Shown here: piece by piece, positions 63,142 through 64,000 of the stretch
How positions within the stretch are numbered: the stretch's first letter is position 1
Layout of the letters: the number at the start of each line of letters is the position of its first letter
Source of the DNA: Dictyostelium discoideum
Taxonomy: Eukaryota
Direction of reading: 5' to 3'
NCBI GenBank assembly: GCA_000004695.1
Contig: CM000153.2
Span: forward strand, 4,544,001 to 4,608,000
DNA: 64,000 nt
Made by a program: the position numbers and the translations under genes
The notes under the pieces: generated by a model
What the model was told of the DNA's origin: nothing
The model's database searches: none
Seen by the model: only the letters and a program-made list of their open reading frames with translations

Positions 63142-64000
63142 ATGATATTTAAAAATGTTAATAAAAAAGTTGTAATATTATTATTATTATATATTTGTTT
63201 TATTCAAATAATAAAATCAATGAAACATGAATGTATTTATGATCATTTATTAAAAGAAAATAAAAATCATAGAAAAAAACAGCAACAACAAAACCATCAA
63301 GAAATACCAAAACAATTATTTAAATCAAAATTATTATTAAATTCAAAAATAACAACAAATAATAATAATAATAGTAGTGATGAAAAATTAACATTAGAAA
63401 ATACAAAACCAATTTCAATATTTTTATATTCAGATTCATTATTAGCAAAAAATGATGCAGAATATACGTGTGGTATGAGCGGACAATATATAAATGGTGG
63501 ACAATATAGATGTAAAGAAGAGGATATACTGACAAGTGATAAACGTTATTATTTGGTTAATACTATACTATCAAGAACCATTGAGATACTTAGGTCAACA
63601 TTACAAGTACCACAAAGACAGGGAGGTAATATAACGGTGGATGGAAATGCATGCAGTTCTTCAACGGCGGGACCCATACAATACCCACCCCATTTAACAA
63701 GTCCTGGTGTTGATGCAGATTTAATACTGTTTTTAACAGCAAGACCCATTCTATCCAACGGTACTGTATTGGCATTTGGTTTCGATTGTACTTTAGATCA
63801 ATCATTGCGTACAATAGTGGGACAATTGAATTTCAACCCATCGTCAATATCAATGGCGCCCAAGGACTATAGATTTCAAATGGGTGTGGCCATTCACGAG
63901 TTGTCGCATGTTTTGGGCTTTTCAAAGGACCGTTTCGAAAAGAAAGGTTTGATGAAATCATTTGACAAACGAAATACCACTGCTGATGGGTCGAGTAAGC
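63142..64000 (+). CDS. Leishmanolysin (GP63, M8 metalloprotease)-like protein, 5' part only. The ORF runs off the window end with no stop. Has a signal peptide.
   Basis: MIFKNVNKKVVILLLLYICFIQIIKS is a signal peptide. Then Y..GGQYRC..EDILT..K...L.N.IL..TI.IL, and the zinc site GVAIHELSHVLGFS (HExxH plus downstream Gly) with surrounding conservation typical of M8 peptidases. It is not in the ORF track because it lacks a stop inside the window. Confidence 0.75.
   Translation, partial: MIFKNVNKKVVILLLLYICFIQIIKSMKHECIYDHLLKENKNHRKKQQQQNHQEIPKQLFKSKLLLNSKITTNNNNNSSDEKLTLENTKPISIFLYSDSLLAKNDAEYTCGMSGQYINGGQYRCKEEDILTSDKRYYLVNTILSRTIEILRSTLQVPQRQGGNITVDGNACSSSTAGPIQYPPHLTSPGVDADLILFLTARPILSNGTVLAFGFDCTLDQSLRTIVGQLNFNPSSISMAPKDYRFQMGVAIHELSHVLGFSKDRFEKKGLMKSFDKRNTTADGSSK

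Overview
This window is nuclear DNA from Dictyostelium (a social amoeba). Intergenic DNA is about 85-95% A+T with long poly(A)/poly(T) tracts. Introns are short, begin with GTAAGT or GTATGT, and are phase-consistent. Coding regions carry (AAT)n poly-Asn and (CAA)n poly-Gln tracts. There is no prokaryotic-style system here. The content is a compact eukaryotic gene array plus two retrotransposon nests.

Protein genes called from translated-ORF similarity and splice-site logic:
- Pho80-like cyclin (3 exons)
- GPR107/LUSTR-type 7TM protein (multi-exon)
- inosine triphosphatase (ITPA, 2 exons)
- F-box/LRR protein
- ClC chloride channel with a 45-unit (AAT) insert
- SPOUT1/C9orf114-type methyltransferase
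- ACOT9-like acyl-CoA thioesterase with an N-terminal RRM-like module
- histone H2B variant
- UBE2J2 (tail-anchored E2, 2 exons)
- RABL3-like GTPase
- B-box/coiled-coil/Kelch protein
- lysyl-tRNA synthetase (2 exons)
- DPM1 (2 exons)
- Pol III subunit RPC9 (8-nt first coding exon)
- RTF1 (2 exons)
- ribosomal protein P0
- ACMSD (2 exons)
- a frameshifted SAM methyltransferase
- a short-chain dehydrogenase (SDR)
- the 5' part of a leishmanolysin (GP63)-like peptidase that runs off the window end

Mobile DNA:
- A tRNA-Phe(GAA) gene at 54294..54367 sits in the classic Dictyostelium tRNA-targeted retroelement arrangement. A TRE5-A-like element lies upstream on the minus strand. Its tandem ~199-bp A-module repeats end about 42 bp before the tRNA. 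Its ORF2 C-terminus lies on the other side of a 100-N assembly gap.
- An internally deleted TRE3-like element lies 72 bp downstream of the tRNA. It has ORF1, the APE endonuclease part of ORF2 and the C-terminal zinc-knuckle, but no RT. It is flanked by 18-bp target-site duplications. An extra B-box sits between the tRNA and the insertion.
- A second nest at 19.7-24.5 kb holds two head-to-tail 3' fragments of another TRE3-type element on the minus strand. A 100-N gap follows. Then comes the integrase end of a Ty3/gypsy-type LTR retrotransposon with a polypurine tract and a 268-bp LTR.

Odd items to check:
- A stretch of G/C homopolymers (6.49-6.76 kb) that looks like base-calling junk.
- A +/-1 frameshift in the methyltransferase, inside a homopolymer run.
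- Tandem 'poly(A)+22-nt' units after the TRE3 element.
- A perfect 25-bp inverted-repeat pair upstream of the SDR gene.
- An unexplained mixed-composition block at 51.5-52.2 kb.
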